Shown here piece by piece: positions 15,863-30,198 of a DNA stretch of 64,000 nt; position 1 is the first letter of the stretch; each line of letters starts with the position of its first letter. The translations under genes and the position numbers were made by a program. The notes under the pieces are model-generated. The model did no database searches, was not told where the DNA came from, and was given only the letters and a program-made list of their open reading frames with translations. This stretch comes from the human T2T-CHM13v2.0 reference genome, Homo sapiens. The stretch lies in the NCBI RefSeq assembly GCF_009914755.1, contig NC_060925.1. One strand, 5' to 3'.

Positions 15863-18277
15863 TATTTCTGAAGCACCTAAAATCCTCTTTAGGTTGGGGT
15901 AAGATGTAACAAATCATTTTCCCATCTTAACAGTTGTGAATATAGATGTCTTCCTGCCATGAACTCTGAACGTAGAACCCAGGGCTGGCCTAGGTAAGAT
16001 CACGAGGAGGCCAGAGCAGCCTCCTTACACCCCATATCCCTGACTCCAAGGAAGAGACAGCACCCCAGGTGCTGATCAGGTGAAAATGGGTGAGCCCAAG
16101 GCCTTACACAGCTGTGATCAGTTTCAGTTCCACCGACCCCAAGCACCTACTTGTGAACAGCATTTTATGGAATAAAAGGCCAAATGGGGTGATCCCGAGC
16201 CACTAGGAATTCCAGAGGGTGAGGGAACATGTGCTTATGTGAGTCTGCAGTTCATGCAAAGGAGTGGAGTAGAGCATCGCATGCCCCAGGAGCAGAGGGA
16301 AGGAAGACGTTTTACAGACCATGGGACCTGAAAAAAATGAGAATTGGATCTGGATTTCCTCACAAGCAGTAGTAGGAAAGATAGTAGCATTCCAAGCAAG
16401 GGCAATCTCTTGAGCAAAGGCTTATAGGCAGGTGTGGGGAAAGGTACACGGATCAGTATAGCTAGACACTCAGGCTGCAAACTCAAAGGCCTGCAGTGGT
16501 GTGCAGTTGACGTATATGTATAAGGCGTGAGGGGTGGGGGAAGAGTATAAGGAAATAGGTGCCAAGGGGCTTGTAGTGGGGCTGGGTGCAACCCACCTAG
16601 TAACAATGTTTCTTCAAACACTGTGGAGCATAGCCAGACAGACAGACACAGACCTAATAGAGGCTCCGAGCTAGACTCACAGGGTTTGGGAGGGAGGTTC
16701 ATAAGGAGAGGGAAGGCTGACGCAGCAAGGCAGGGAATATTTAGATGTCATCTCAGAGGCTGGAGGAGCCTTCAAAAGGTTTAGGCAGGACAGAAACCTA
16801 GTTATGTTTTAGAAAGTTACTACAAAATTAAATGCTCTCAGTGTACACTCATATCAAAAAATGATGGAAAATATTAACGGTGATTAATTTGGGTGTTAAG
16901 AATCTGGGTAGTTTTTCTTTTCCTTACACTTTTATCTTTACCAATATTTATATTATTAGAAAAGGATCAACAAAAGTCATATCAAAATAAAATATTTTAT
17001 CCTGGCAGTAGTCTGTGGTAGCAGGAGTAGAAGGAATAGGTTGGATTTCAGCCTTTTTGAAGAGGGAGTTGGCTTAGACCAGGGCTCAGGGGGATATGAA
17101 TGAAGCAGGCTGCAGCAGTCAGGATCATGCCTTCAGTCTGTGGTTAAAGCAGGCCTTGGAAGAGCCTCCCTGGCCCCTGATACTTTAATGAGAGCTGGTG
17201 GGATTTGGGACTGTGGGTGACTCTTGGCCAGCATAGAGACCTGCTCCCTCCTGAAAGCCTTAAAAGTCCCAGTGGGACCCCATTTATGGGTCTCAGAGAA
17301 AGAGCTCAGGCAGTGACAAGATGCTGTTTCCATTGAATGAATAGACAGTTGTTCCAGGGAGCATGGTCTTGGCTTTCTAGACATTTGAGACTAAAAACCA
17401 AATGGTAATGTGCATTCCTATTTCCTGTTTATCGGCTCATATGGGCTTTTTACTATCTTACTGTAGATAAACAGATTTATGTTGTTTTCAAGTGGCACTC
17501 TCAGGGCATTCATAAAGATCAGTGGAGCTTTAACTCTGGGAATCCACGTGAATGATAAAGTGGAGGATATGTTGGTTAGAGGCCTGGCTTCACCACTAAC
17601 TGGAACATCTTGGGCAAATCACCTCAGTAAACCAAGCCACAGTTTATGTATGTGCTAAATAGATTTGAAATACCAGCCCAGTTTATGTGAGAAGGTTGTT
17701 TTGAGCTTTATGTTAGACAATATGAAAACACTATAAAACTATAAATGGTTGTTTTCACAAAGATTGCATGCTCTGAAGAATGCCCTGGCTGTGACCCAAA
17801 GTCTGACTCTTGGCTCTGTCCCTGGAGTACAAGATATGGGCACTTGTGGCCAGGCAGGTTCATGTGAATACTATGACACATATTCAAGGGAGAGAGCCCT
17901 CTAGATAATGGGCCAAAAGGCACAGGACTATGCAAATGTATATTTATGTTATGGGTAAAGATCTCAAAGATTGACCATAACTGACAGGATAAAATAATCC
18001 ACAATCACACTTCTCTTCAGAAAGGAAATTATTTATTACTTGATTATGCCCTGTTGCAAGCACATTAAGGAATTACTGATCTTGGCTCCCAAGTGTGAAA
18101 TGGAAAATTTTGAACATAAAACATACTTGTAGAAATACAACAGTGTTATTTGCCAGTGACCATCATCAAGACAAGACTTTAACCTTATCAGTTAGCCTAA
18201 AGAAGTGAAATTGAAACAAAGCCAAACGCATAAGCTCGGTGATCGTTCTTCCTTGCTGTGACCATTAGTCAATATGC

Positions 18278-18432
18278 CAGTGGTTCTCGAAGTGTGGTCC
18301 CCAGATGAGCAACATCAGCATCACCTGGGAACTTGTTAGAAATGCACATTCTCAAGACTCACCCCAGACCTGCTGAATCAGAAACTTGGGTGGGGCCGGC
18401 AATGCACATTTCAACAGGTCCTCCAGGTGATT
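18278..18432. mobile_element. MER5A
   Basis: cagtggttctcgaagtgtggtcccc...acttgttagaaatgcacattctc. Confidence 0.85.
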
Positions 18433-18864
18433 TTGATACTTGCTAAAGTTTGTGTGATTCCTACACAGGTACCTGCCCCAAGACAGTTTGCATTAACTGT
18501 CTTTGTGCTTTCTTATGTTTGCCTAAAATGCCTCATTCTTCCTGACAAAACAAGGTTCTTGACATTGGCTAAACTTCTAATGCTACCTAGTTACATCAGC
18601 TAGACCAGAGCTGTATTACCAGACTTTCATCACAGAATCAGAGTGTTCTCATCATTTTGGTGTTGACAGGACAGAGGGCATTTGCTGATTATAATATGTG
18701 GCAAGAACCAAGGAAACTGCAGTGTTTAAGTGTTTTGAGATCTCAGAAGTAAAAGCATCTAATGTGCTCCATGCAAAGGTCTGGTGGTACTCAGTTATGA
18801 AAACCGTAGAGACGAGGGGAGAAATGCAAGCATACACGATGGCTTTAAAATGAGGGGCTTAACC

Positions 18865-19090
18865 GAGAGTGAAAGTAGATTCGTGGTTGCCCAGGCCTGG
18901 ATGGGAGAGGAGCATGGGGCCTGACTACCTACTAGGAACAGAGTTTCTTTTTAGGGTGATGAAAATATTCTGGAATCTGATAGTGGTGATGGTTCAACAA
19001 TATGGTGATTATCCTAAGAACTACTGAATTGTACACTTTCAGATGGTGACAGTGTGAATCTTATAAGAATTTTACCTCAAAAAATATTTT
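18865..19090 (+). mobile_element. L1MB-like 3' fragment
   Basis: gaaagtagattcgtggttgcc...gggtgatgaaaatattctgga...actgaattgtacacttt. Confidence 0.75.
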
Positions 19091-19412
19091 TAAAACCCAC
19101 TGGTTTATGTGGAGGCATGATTCCACTTCTCTCCGATCTCCCCTTCTCCCACATCTAGCTGCAGTATAGCATGGGGCACGTATTAGATCCTCACAGAGTT
19201 CTCGGTTGGTTGACTGCTCTGACCCCCGAGAAAGGGGCTCAAATGAGCAGGCACCTGGGAATTAGTACATGCTTGGACTATACTCTCTTGGGATGGCTTC
19301 CTGGGGCAAGTGTACCTTTACTTGGAGTAAATCCTTGCCTCCAGTGTGAGAGACTCCGCTGGGATTGCAGGGATGAGGGTGGTAAATGCAGGTTAGTTAA
19401 AAATGACGTCTT

Positions 19413-19766
<354 letters not shown>

Positions 19767-20723
19767 TTATGCTATCAGGGCCGGCTTGGGAGGCCAGCTG
19801 CTGCTCCTTGACGTGGAGAAGGCGCCTCTACCAGGCTGACTCCTTTGCAGCTGGCAGACAGCCCTGGGGAACAGGCGAAATGATCTCACGGGCCGGGTGG
19901 AGTGAGCATGCCGGACAAGGACCAGGCCTCTGTGCGCATGGATATAATCAGCTTTGATAGGCAGAGGCTGAGGCTGTTTTTCCAATTAGAGCTGTTAGAG
20001 GATTCTGGCAGGGGCAGCAGTGGGCTTAATTTAACAGACCTGGGACTCATTGAATTAGCCAATGTAGAGGGGATGAGACGGACACTAATGTAAGGCTGTG
20101 GGGGCAGAGATGGGGAAGGGGAGAAGGGGACCAGAAGGGCCGGTCGGCAGGGACACAGTGAGGCCTGGTGATGTGGTCCGGGCAGCACAGGAGCATCTTC
20201 TCATTTGGCGGGCGGGAAAGCTTGTGCAAGCAGGACGGGATGGAGACTCCTCTGGTACTGGTAAGGCTGGTGGTGGGCTTTGCTCGCAGAATCTGGATTC
20301 TCAGAGGCCGTTGGCCAGGGTTCTGAACAGTTTCTTGTGCCCATCATCCTTCCCAGGCACCCTGAAGCTGCTGCCATCTCCTTCCCTTTCTAGAACCCAA
20401 AGTTCTAAGCCACCCTGCCAGGCACCTTCTTGGTTTGAGAATAAAGAACATTAGAGCCAGAGCAATCATTAAATGTCCTGAGTCCGCGCTTTCATGTTAC
20501 AGAGGAGGCAACTGTTTCCTAGAGAAGCTGAGAAAACTTGTCTGAGAATATCCAACTCTTAGAGGCAATGTCAGCATTGCAATCCAGACCTCCCACCCCT
20601 GGCTGGTGCCGTTTCTTCAAACCGTGGTCACAGTTGGCCCCTCTGTCCTCAGCCTGTGTGCATTTCCAGCAACTTGTATCCCAAACCACTTGGATGGTTT
20701 GAAAGCCATTCATTCATTCATGT

Positions 20724-20893
20724 ACAAAATTAGCCCGGTGTGGTGGTGCATGCCTGTAATCCCAGCTACTTGGGAGGCTGAGGCATGAGAATTGCTTGAA
20801 CCCAGAGATAGAGGTTGCAGTGAGCCGAGATCGTGCCATTGCACTCCAACCTGGGCGACAAGAGTGAAACTCCGTCTTAAAAAAAAAAAAAAA
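20724..20893 (+). mobile_element. 5'-truncated Alu (right arm)
   Basis: TSD aaagccattcattcattca. Confidence 0.85.
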
Positions 20894-21469
20894 AGGAAAA
20901 AGCCATTCATTCATTCATTCAAAATGCAGAATGCCAAACTGTACAGACAGCATAGTCTCAACTATCTGAAGAATAAAATATGTGGAAAAGACTGAGTAGA
21001 AACATGGGGAAAGACTTAACTGTTGCTGCTTCTGGAAAGGGAGTTGATTACTGTTAATAACTAACGTTTATTGGGTTTAATGACCCATCCTAACAATGAC
21101 CTTATGTTGATAACATTGTGGTACAACTCCTGTGTTGCTAGGTGGCAGTGAAATTTTGTAAAACCGTTTGGGAAAATAGTTTGACAATGTTTATTTTTTA
21201 AATGTGCATTAAAAAGTATTTTAACTTAAAATAGCTGATCAACACCTTTTTTTTATTTTTCCTACCCCATGACATCCTGATGAAATAATAGAATGAATAG
21301 AAAAAGATAATCTTACTTAGTATATAAGAAAAGTGAGGTATGGAAAGGTTTAAAAGTTGACCCATGGCTACATAGATATTAAGTAGCAAATCCAGAATCT
21401 GATCCTGTTTGTATTAACCGTCAGCCACTATGTAGGACTGCCACACACTTGGCACTTTTTTATACTTCC

Positions 21470-21620
21470 CAAATTTTATATAATTGAGCCCAAATATTAT
21501 ATATATATATTATATAATTTATTATATATATATTATATAATTTATTATATAATATATAATTCCCAAATATTATATAATTATATATATAAATTGTATAATT
21601 TTATATAAATTTATATAATT
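21470..21620. repeat. AT-rich low-complexity (TA/TTATATAA) tract
   Basis: Almost purely A/T with internal repeats. Confidence 0.85.
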
Positions 21621-24600
21621 TAGTAAAAAAGAGAAACTAAAATAAATTGTATTTCCTGATGGGATACACTAGTTGGCTATAAGGAACATTTTCCCGATTA
21701 TACCTAGCTGGCTCAGAAATTTGTTCAAACACTGGCCAGGGGCACATTTGGAATAGAAGTCCCAAGGGAGAGAGATACAGGTGAGATTCCTGCTGCCTCT
21801 GAGGCCATCAAGAGTCTGATCCTTCTGCATAGGTTGGCTGTGGTCTGTTGTGACCAGATCAGGTGGAGGCTTCCTGGAAGGCTAGGGTGCAATTCAGGGT
21901 TGGGCGTAATTGATAACAAATCTGCCCTCCACACATTATCATCTTGGGCCTTCCAGAACCTCCTGCCTTCACCAGGAATAACCTGGCCACAGCTCAACTT
22001 GCCTATGCCCCGACCTTGGGCCAAACCTGCCTCCTCTTTGAGAGCAGTGGTGGAGGAGGTAAGAGTGTAAGATGCAAAGCCACGCTGTGTAAGTTCACAT
22101 ACCAGCTCTGTAACTTACTGGATGTTGGAGAAAAGTTACTTACTAGACAAGTTAATTTAACCTCTCTGAACCTGTTGTATCCTCTGAAAATAAAGACAAT
22201 TCTGCATTACAGAATCTGTTGTGAGGGTGAACTAAATTCACAGTTAACGCAGTGCCTGGCACATGGCAGGCATGTCTCCAGTGTAACCTTCAATAGTCCC
22301 TTCCTGCTTGGTCCAGCATTGCCCTATATACATACACAACAGACCCAGAGAAAACAGTATAGCATCTTCCCTTGAGGGGCTTATCTTGAGAAAGCACAAA
22401 ACCTGCGCACATGAAGCACAGAAGGAAAAATAGACTAACATTTGCTGAATTCCTATTATATGCCCCGAAAAGAAAAAGCATACTCATTTCTTTCAGGTAG
22501 AAGATAGCCTAGAATTGTGACATGTCGCAGTGTATAAAATCTAGATGCTGGGGGTGTGGAGTATTCCTTCCAGTTCCTTTCCTTGTGATGACTTTATTTC
22601 ACTGACTTAACAAGTAACTTTAATCCTCCTCATCTCTGTCCCTTCAATTATCTTGGGTAAACTGGACTCTTCTGTTGCCTGGCTACCCGGCAGGTAGTCC
22701 CAAATGTCAAAGAAAAGCTGGCCAACCTTAGAATTTGGCCATGGACGTCACTGTGGGAGGACAAATAAATATAGAACATGAAGAGATTATTCATTTAGAG
22801 CCCAGCTTCTCCAACATCTCACTGTGATTCACCAGATCAATTAAAGGCGCAGTAATTCAGTGCGTCAGGAAGGCTGTTGTGAAGAGAACACATCCAGCCT
22901 CCCCTGGTCCACAACTCCCACCCCCCATTCCTCACCCTGGCAACTGATTAGATTTGCTCCTCCCTTGCCTGGTATATAAGTTACCACTGCTTGTTTCCAG
23001 AAAACCAATTAAGAAACCATAAATTGTGGTCGACTAGAAAGGTCACTGCACAAGCTATAAATACAGGCATTTCTAAACTGTGAGTGGAAGTCTCTGAAGC
23101 ACATTATCTCCTGTACACCCACATCTTCCAACTGAGGTTTTCTTTGATAAAATGAGAGAACATGAAGACGGAGATCAAAAAGGCATTCCCTGGGTTTTCG
23201 TTCTGTAGCCTGCTCTCTTGGGTGTAGCTGGGAATTCTGAGCCTCCAGCAGCCCAGCCCACACTCCAGCTTTGGTTTTGGTTTGTTGTTTTTGTTTTGGG
23301 GGAGTGGGGAGGGGGTCATAAAAATGATCTCTTCACAATGTATAAGTGATGTATGAGTTCGAGGCAAAACCTTTAAAACACTGAAAAACACAATGGAGAA
23401 ATAATCCATAATTCCACGCCTTAAAAAAATGGTTAGCACTTTAGGATATATTATTCCAGGCTTTTTAATAGGCTATATGTACACATTTGTTTTGCTTTCA
23501 GAAACATATTTAAAGAGTGTCATTTACTAATACTGTTTTGTAGCCTGTTTGCTCAGCAATATTTGATAATATTATTTTTCCATGGTATTCTACATGTGCC
23601 ATAGTGTATTTAGCTTCCCCCGTTGTTAAGGAATTTGATTCCTTACAGATTTCCCTTCATATATAATGCTGCAGTGAACATCGAGTTGACATCTCTTCAC
23701 ATAACCATAATTATTTCCTTTGGGGAAATGCTTGAAGTGGAATTGCTGAGCCCTTGATCTTTAAGACTGGTGTATGTTGCCAAATCACCTTCTGGGGAGG
23801 TTCTACTAGTGTATACTGGTGGCCATTTCCCCACTCCCTTGCCAAAAAGGGGCTAGTAATTAATACTTTTTAATCTTGACCAAGTTGTTGGATTTAAAAA
23901 GATGTTATTTTGTTTTAATCCAAATAGCCACTTAGTACCTACTAACACATCACAAAAGGCTCCCAGAGCCACACAGGCCCTAACCTGGAGTGGATGCTCC
24001 TTCCCACCAGCCCTGGCTAGGCTTTTCTGAGCTCCCTCACCCTCAGGATGGCAACAGTGACAGCAGCAGGGTCTCAGGTCTCCCCAGGGTAGATTCAGAG
24101 CCAGGCATAAGTTGGATGTCCTATTCAACCCCAGAGAAAGAGTCTTAGGGCCAGCCACCAATCTGGGCTGCAGGCCTGAGTGCCATGCACAAAGTAAAAC
24201 GAACACAGGTTATGGACCTAGGAGCAGAGCTGGGCTCTTCTACTTCCCCACCAAAGCCTCTGCCCAGCAGCGAAGAGGGTTCCCCAGGGCTCAGCCTTAA
24301 GGGGTAATACCAGCCACGTGTGTGTAGCACTTAGCCACCTGCTAAGCCCTCTGACATAATTGTGCCCATTGAATCCTCAAGACAACCCAGTAAGGAAGAC
24401 ACAAGTATTATACCCATTAACAAATGAAAGTATCAAGGTTCAGAGAGATTGAATAACTTTCTCAAAGTCTCAAGGAAAACCAGGATTTAAATTCAGACCT
24501 CAGGACTCAAATCCTGAGCATTTCCAAAGTGACCTGTAACCTGTCTAGCCCCTGGCGTGTCTCAGCCCAAGGCCTCTGTCCTCATCCTTAAGTATCTGTG

Positions 24601-26734
24601 TGTATTTCAGGACCCAGGAGCCGAGGCCCTTTCCCGAGGGTCTGGCAGTGGAATGAGCTGGCTGACAAAGCAGGGTGCCAGAGTTCTCCACTGGCTCCTT
24701 GCCACCAGCTCTGCCTGCACCCTGGCCGCATCAGGCCTGCTGCCAGGAAAAGGGAGGGAGACCTTCCTACCCATCAGAGATGTAGAGGATGAATTAAAGT
24801 CCATTAGCAAACCGTGACATCCTTTAACATACAAAGCAGTATTATTAATAATGTTTGAAATGAGATTATTTCGAAAACATTAAGTGGTCATGGAACAAGT
24901 GGTATCAGACCCAAAGCAGAGTCTTCCAGTTCCTAAGCAATCTCTTTAGCCCGAGGCTCCTCTTAATTTGTAGTAAATAGAGAGCTATTTAGCTGGGCTA
25001 TTAGGCCTTTGAGCAAGGAGAGCTCACCCTAAACACATCTATTCCTGAGACCTGCTTGATCTAAAATGCACATCAATGATAGCTCAAGGTGCCAGCATGC
25101 AATGTGTTCATTCAGCTGGTGTTTATAGAGATCCTACCATGTGCTCCAGGGATACAGAAATGAACAAGGCATAGCCCCTGCCCCGAAGGTTCCCTCGCGC
25201 ACAGTTTTGTGCAGATAAATGGTTCTGTAATCAAATAACGACATGACCCTGAGAGCATTGCTATAATATTAGAAGATCTACAGCACCTGCTCCACAGGCA
25301 GGGGTGAAATCAGGAAACACTTCACAGAGGAGGAGCCTTGCGTGAGGAGTAGCCAGGGCCTGAGCATGAGGTCTAGACACACCGCTCTACAGCTCCCCCA
25401 AAGTGCCAGCCTTTCTCCTGTCCGGGAGCAGGGGCGGGACCTGACTCCATGTGTTTTAGGGAACTTCTGTCTGGTGGCAGAATGGAGAAGGGCCTGGATA
25501 TGGGAGGACTGGAGCTCAGTGAAGAACCCACTGCAGGGCCGAAGTGAGAGGTGGTGGCAGTTGTCCTGGTGGAGATTGGCAGTGCCCAAATCCAGATCAC
25601 CATGGGAAGCCCCAGGGGCACATTTAACCCCCCAGCCTCCCACCCATAGAGACACCCTGGGTCTGGGTGAAATCTGGGGACCGTTACAAAGCGACCTGGA
25701 TGTCAACCAGGCTTGGAAACTGCTGGTCCAGGTGCCCTCCAGCTCAGAGATTCTAGGAGACAACAAGTTAATATATGGGCTTTGTAAGCTGTGAAATGCT
25801 ATGCAAATATGAGTGATGTGTTTTTCAGGATTTTCTCTATAAAGGTAATTTTGTCAACCACCACCTAATCACTTCTCACAATGTGTAATCAGTGGCAGGT
25901 TTGACTTCAGTTTCCTTCTGCATCTATTTCCCTGCTCCTCTAGTCTCCAGTCAAGCCAAGAGAATTCTTCTCCAGCCAAGGGAAATCATTCTGAAACTGA
26001 ATAATCCTCTCTCTTTCCCACCACCCACTCACCTGTTCATAGCTTTGGTAAATCCGAACGATATTTCTCTTGTTTGAAATAAAACTGTTACTCCCAGACT
26101 GCATTTGTTAACCATCTGGAGCCCATTTACTTCCTCCTAGGGAAGATTCCTCGCCCTGAAGCTCACAGGGAAAGCCTGCTCTGAACTGGACCTGCTCTTC
26201 CACTGGCCCTGCTGCTTTCTTTTACATGACAAAGCCTGTGAGAACCGGTATAGATCACTAATGGGCTGAGTCCAGATAAACTCAATGTGAAGTGGAGCTT
26301 TCGGGTTTGCGGATCCTAGCCCTGCCTCTTACCAGTGGCATGGGTTTGGACAGTAATTTAAATTTCTGAGCCTCAGTTTTACTGTCTCCAAAGCGGGGAA
26401 AATAATATCTATATCCCAGGGATCTTGCAACATTGAATGATGTGATGCATGTTATATATCTGGTATGGCATGATGCAGGAATATAGAAATGCAGGGTTGC
26501 AGCTTTGCGGAGGAAAGAGGTCACAAAAAGGGGGCTCAAGAAGTCTGCAAACAAGGCACCCTGGCTGTGACTACCTTCCAGTGCAAGGTCCAACCCTCCA
26601 GCCTGCCTCACTCACCAGGTGGGGTGTTTACCTGGTGCAGAGAATTGCCGCCGTCTATGTCCACTGTGGTGCTGTGCCCAGGGCTGAGCCCTTGCTTGCC
26701 CACCAGTGTTCCCTTAAACAGTCTCTTCATTTAG

Positions 26735-27343
<609 letters not shown>

Positions 27344-29898
27344 TAGACCTTGAGGTATCTCTTAAAAGAGAAGGGTGGAGAATGTCCTGGGCATGAGCTG
27401 CAGTGGTGAAAGACTTAACATTGGTAGGGTGCTATCACATGGAAACTGGTCTGGGAGGAAGGCAAAGTCATTAACTAATCGAGTAATATTACCCAGGATG
27501 AGAACACAGGCACTCAAAGGCAATTAAAGCCTTGTCCAGGGTTACACAACTAAAAAAAATGGTACAAACTGAATTTGGAACCCAAGATATTTACCAAAAT
27601 CCACAAATAAAGCAACCATATTTTGGGTTGTGGGAAATCATGGCAGAAGAGTAGGACTAGGGCTACATTTAGGAGGGCTGAACAGGTGAGGCTGTGTTTT
27701 ATGTAGTGGGCAATAGCAACCCCCAGAATGTTTTAGAAGAGGGAAAGGACATGACCAAAGAATGGTTTAGGAAAGTGAATACAGCAACATACAGAAAAGA
27801 TGGAAAGGAGAAGAGATTGGTAGGAAAGGGACTGTTTGAAGTATGACCCTCAACCCAGATGGTAGCAGTAGGTACAGAAAGCAGTGTCAAAGATAATGCC
27901 ATGGCTCCAAGCCTAGAGACTGGAGGGATACTATTAACAGGAGTGGGAAGTATTAATAACAGCTGACTTCCTTTTTTTTTTTTTTTTTTTTTTTTTGAGC
28001 CGCTGTTATGGGCTTGCCACTGCAAAACTAAGAGGTTTTTTGTCAACTTTCTCATTAAGTCTCCTAATGGCCCTAGAATGTATTTACTAGTCTCCCCATA
28101 TTACAGATTTTGGAGATGGGAAACTGAGGCCCAAAGTGATGAGGTGATTTGCCCAGTTTACACAGCTTATAAGGAGGGGAGCCAGTATTTCAACCCAGGT
28201 CTGGCTGACAGTCTCTAGAATTCACACTTTTAACCCAGCACTGAGCAGCCCCTCCAACCCACCTGCAGATACAGGCTGGATAAACGACGAGTTGGTTCGG
28301 CAAGTGAGGCAGACCTGGCCTCTATAGCTTTGTCTCCCCTAAGAGATCAAACTCACCCTTCCACTGATCTGGATGGATGGCAGTCAGCACTCACTGAGAT
28401 TAGGATTTTAGGATTAGGTCAGATCACTCCTGACCTCAGGTGATCTGCCTGTCAACTTTGAAGACACAGTTGAAGATACTCACTCCACAAAAGGTCCACT
28501 GTCAGGGTGGGAGAAGGCAGCTCCAGCTCAGACTCTGGACAGACCTGGGAATATAGTGGCCTTTAGAACATTAGAGAATGAGGACACAGAAGAGACTAAG
28601 TAGAAGAAAGTTGTGGGATAAAAGAGGGAAATTCCTCCAAAACCCGGAATATTCTTAAGTAAGGGATGATGGATAGGCAGCCAACCAGGGAGAAAAGAAC
28701 AGAACACGAAAGGAAACAAACTAGAGCTCCCATCAGTTATTTGGCCTGCATTTCTCCAGCAATAGTCCCTTTTAGGCCCACTGTACCCAAAGTCTAACAG
28801 TCCAGCAAAGCTCCCCTGAAGCCCAGCTCAATCATCCAGCCTAGGTGTCTTTGTCCCAGACAGAGGCTGTTAGTCTTAATCTCAGATAATATATTATCTC
28901 AAGATAATATAAACGTCCAAGAGAAAGGAAAGGCCCAAGGAACCTAACGTTATGAGACTTCAGTGTCGGCAGTAACACTGCCGACTGGGTCTAAGGACCC
29001 AGGCACGAGAGGCCCCTATGCTGGCCCTCCTCAGGCCGTACCACATCCTCCATGGAGAGCAAGCCTGTGCCCTCCCTTCTAGACCATATCCTTGCGCTGT
29101 CCAAACAACCCAAAGCTGCTTCCCGGGCCCATGCAGGCCTCTTCCCCCTGCTCTCTCCTTCCAAGGGTATGCATACCCTGTGCCTGCAGCATGGCCAGGA
29201 GGCAGTTCTTTGGGGACAGGGGATGGAACCTGTACAATTAGAGCTGGGGTGTTCACACTGCATGTACATGAGGCTCCTAAGGGGTACAGTCTAGGGTGGA
29301 AAAAGAAGGGGAATAGGCTGCAGGCTGGCAACTAAGCCAGCTCTTCCCATGCCGCCACATTTCAGCATGGAGCTGATCTTCCAGGTGTTCGAGGATGGAA
29401 CGCGTTTTCATTTAACAGTTGCTAACTGGATTTTTAACTTTTAAATATTTAGACATATCATCTGTGGCCTCCATTTATATTTTTGCCCTCACCCCTACAA
29501 ATGTTAGGATAGCAAGATCTTGAGTTGAAGGAACCGTAAAAGTCATTCATTCCAACCACCTAGCCAAGCTTGCCGTCCCACCAAAAGCTTAATCACTTCC
29601 AATTATGATTGGATGCTGGTCGAACTGCCTCCTGAAGTACTAGCTCATTCGTCTCTGCAGTTTTCTCACTGCTAGCAGCGGTCCTTTATTCCGATGTCTT
29701 CCTGTTCCAGAAACAGCATTTAGTAGTATTAAGTTGAAGGCTCACTCTGCCAGGCAATGGAGTATAGAGATGAATGAACTTTGACTCATGGAGACCAGGC
29801 TCCAAATCCTGACTGCCACTTACTAGATGTGTGACCTTGAGCAAGTTTCTCAATCTCTCTGATCTTCAGTTTCTTCATCTGTAAAATGGAAATAATAA

Positions 29899-30198
<300 letters not shown>

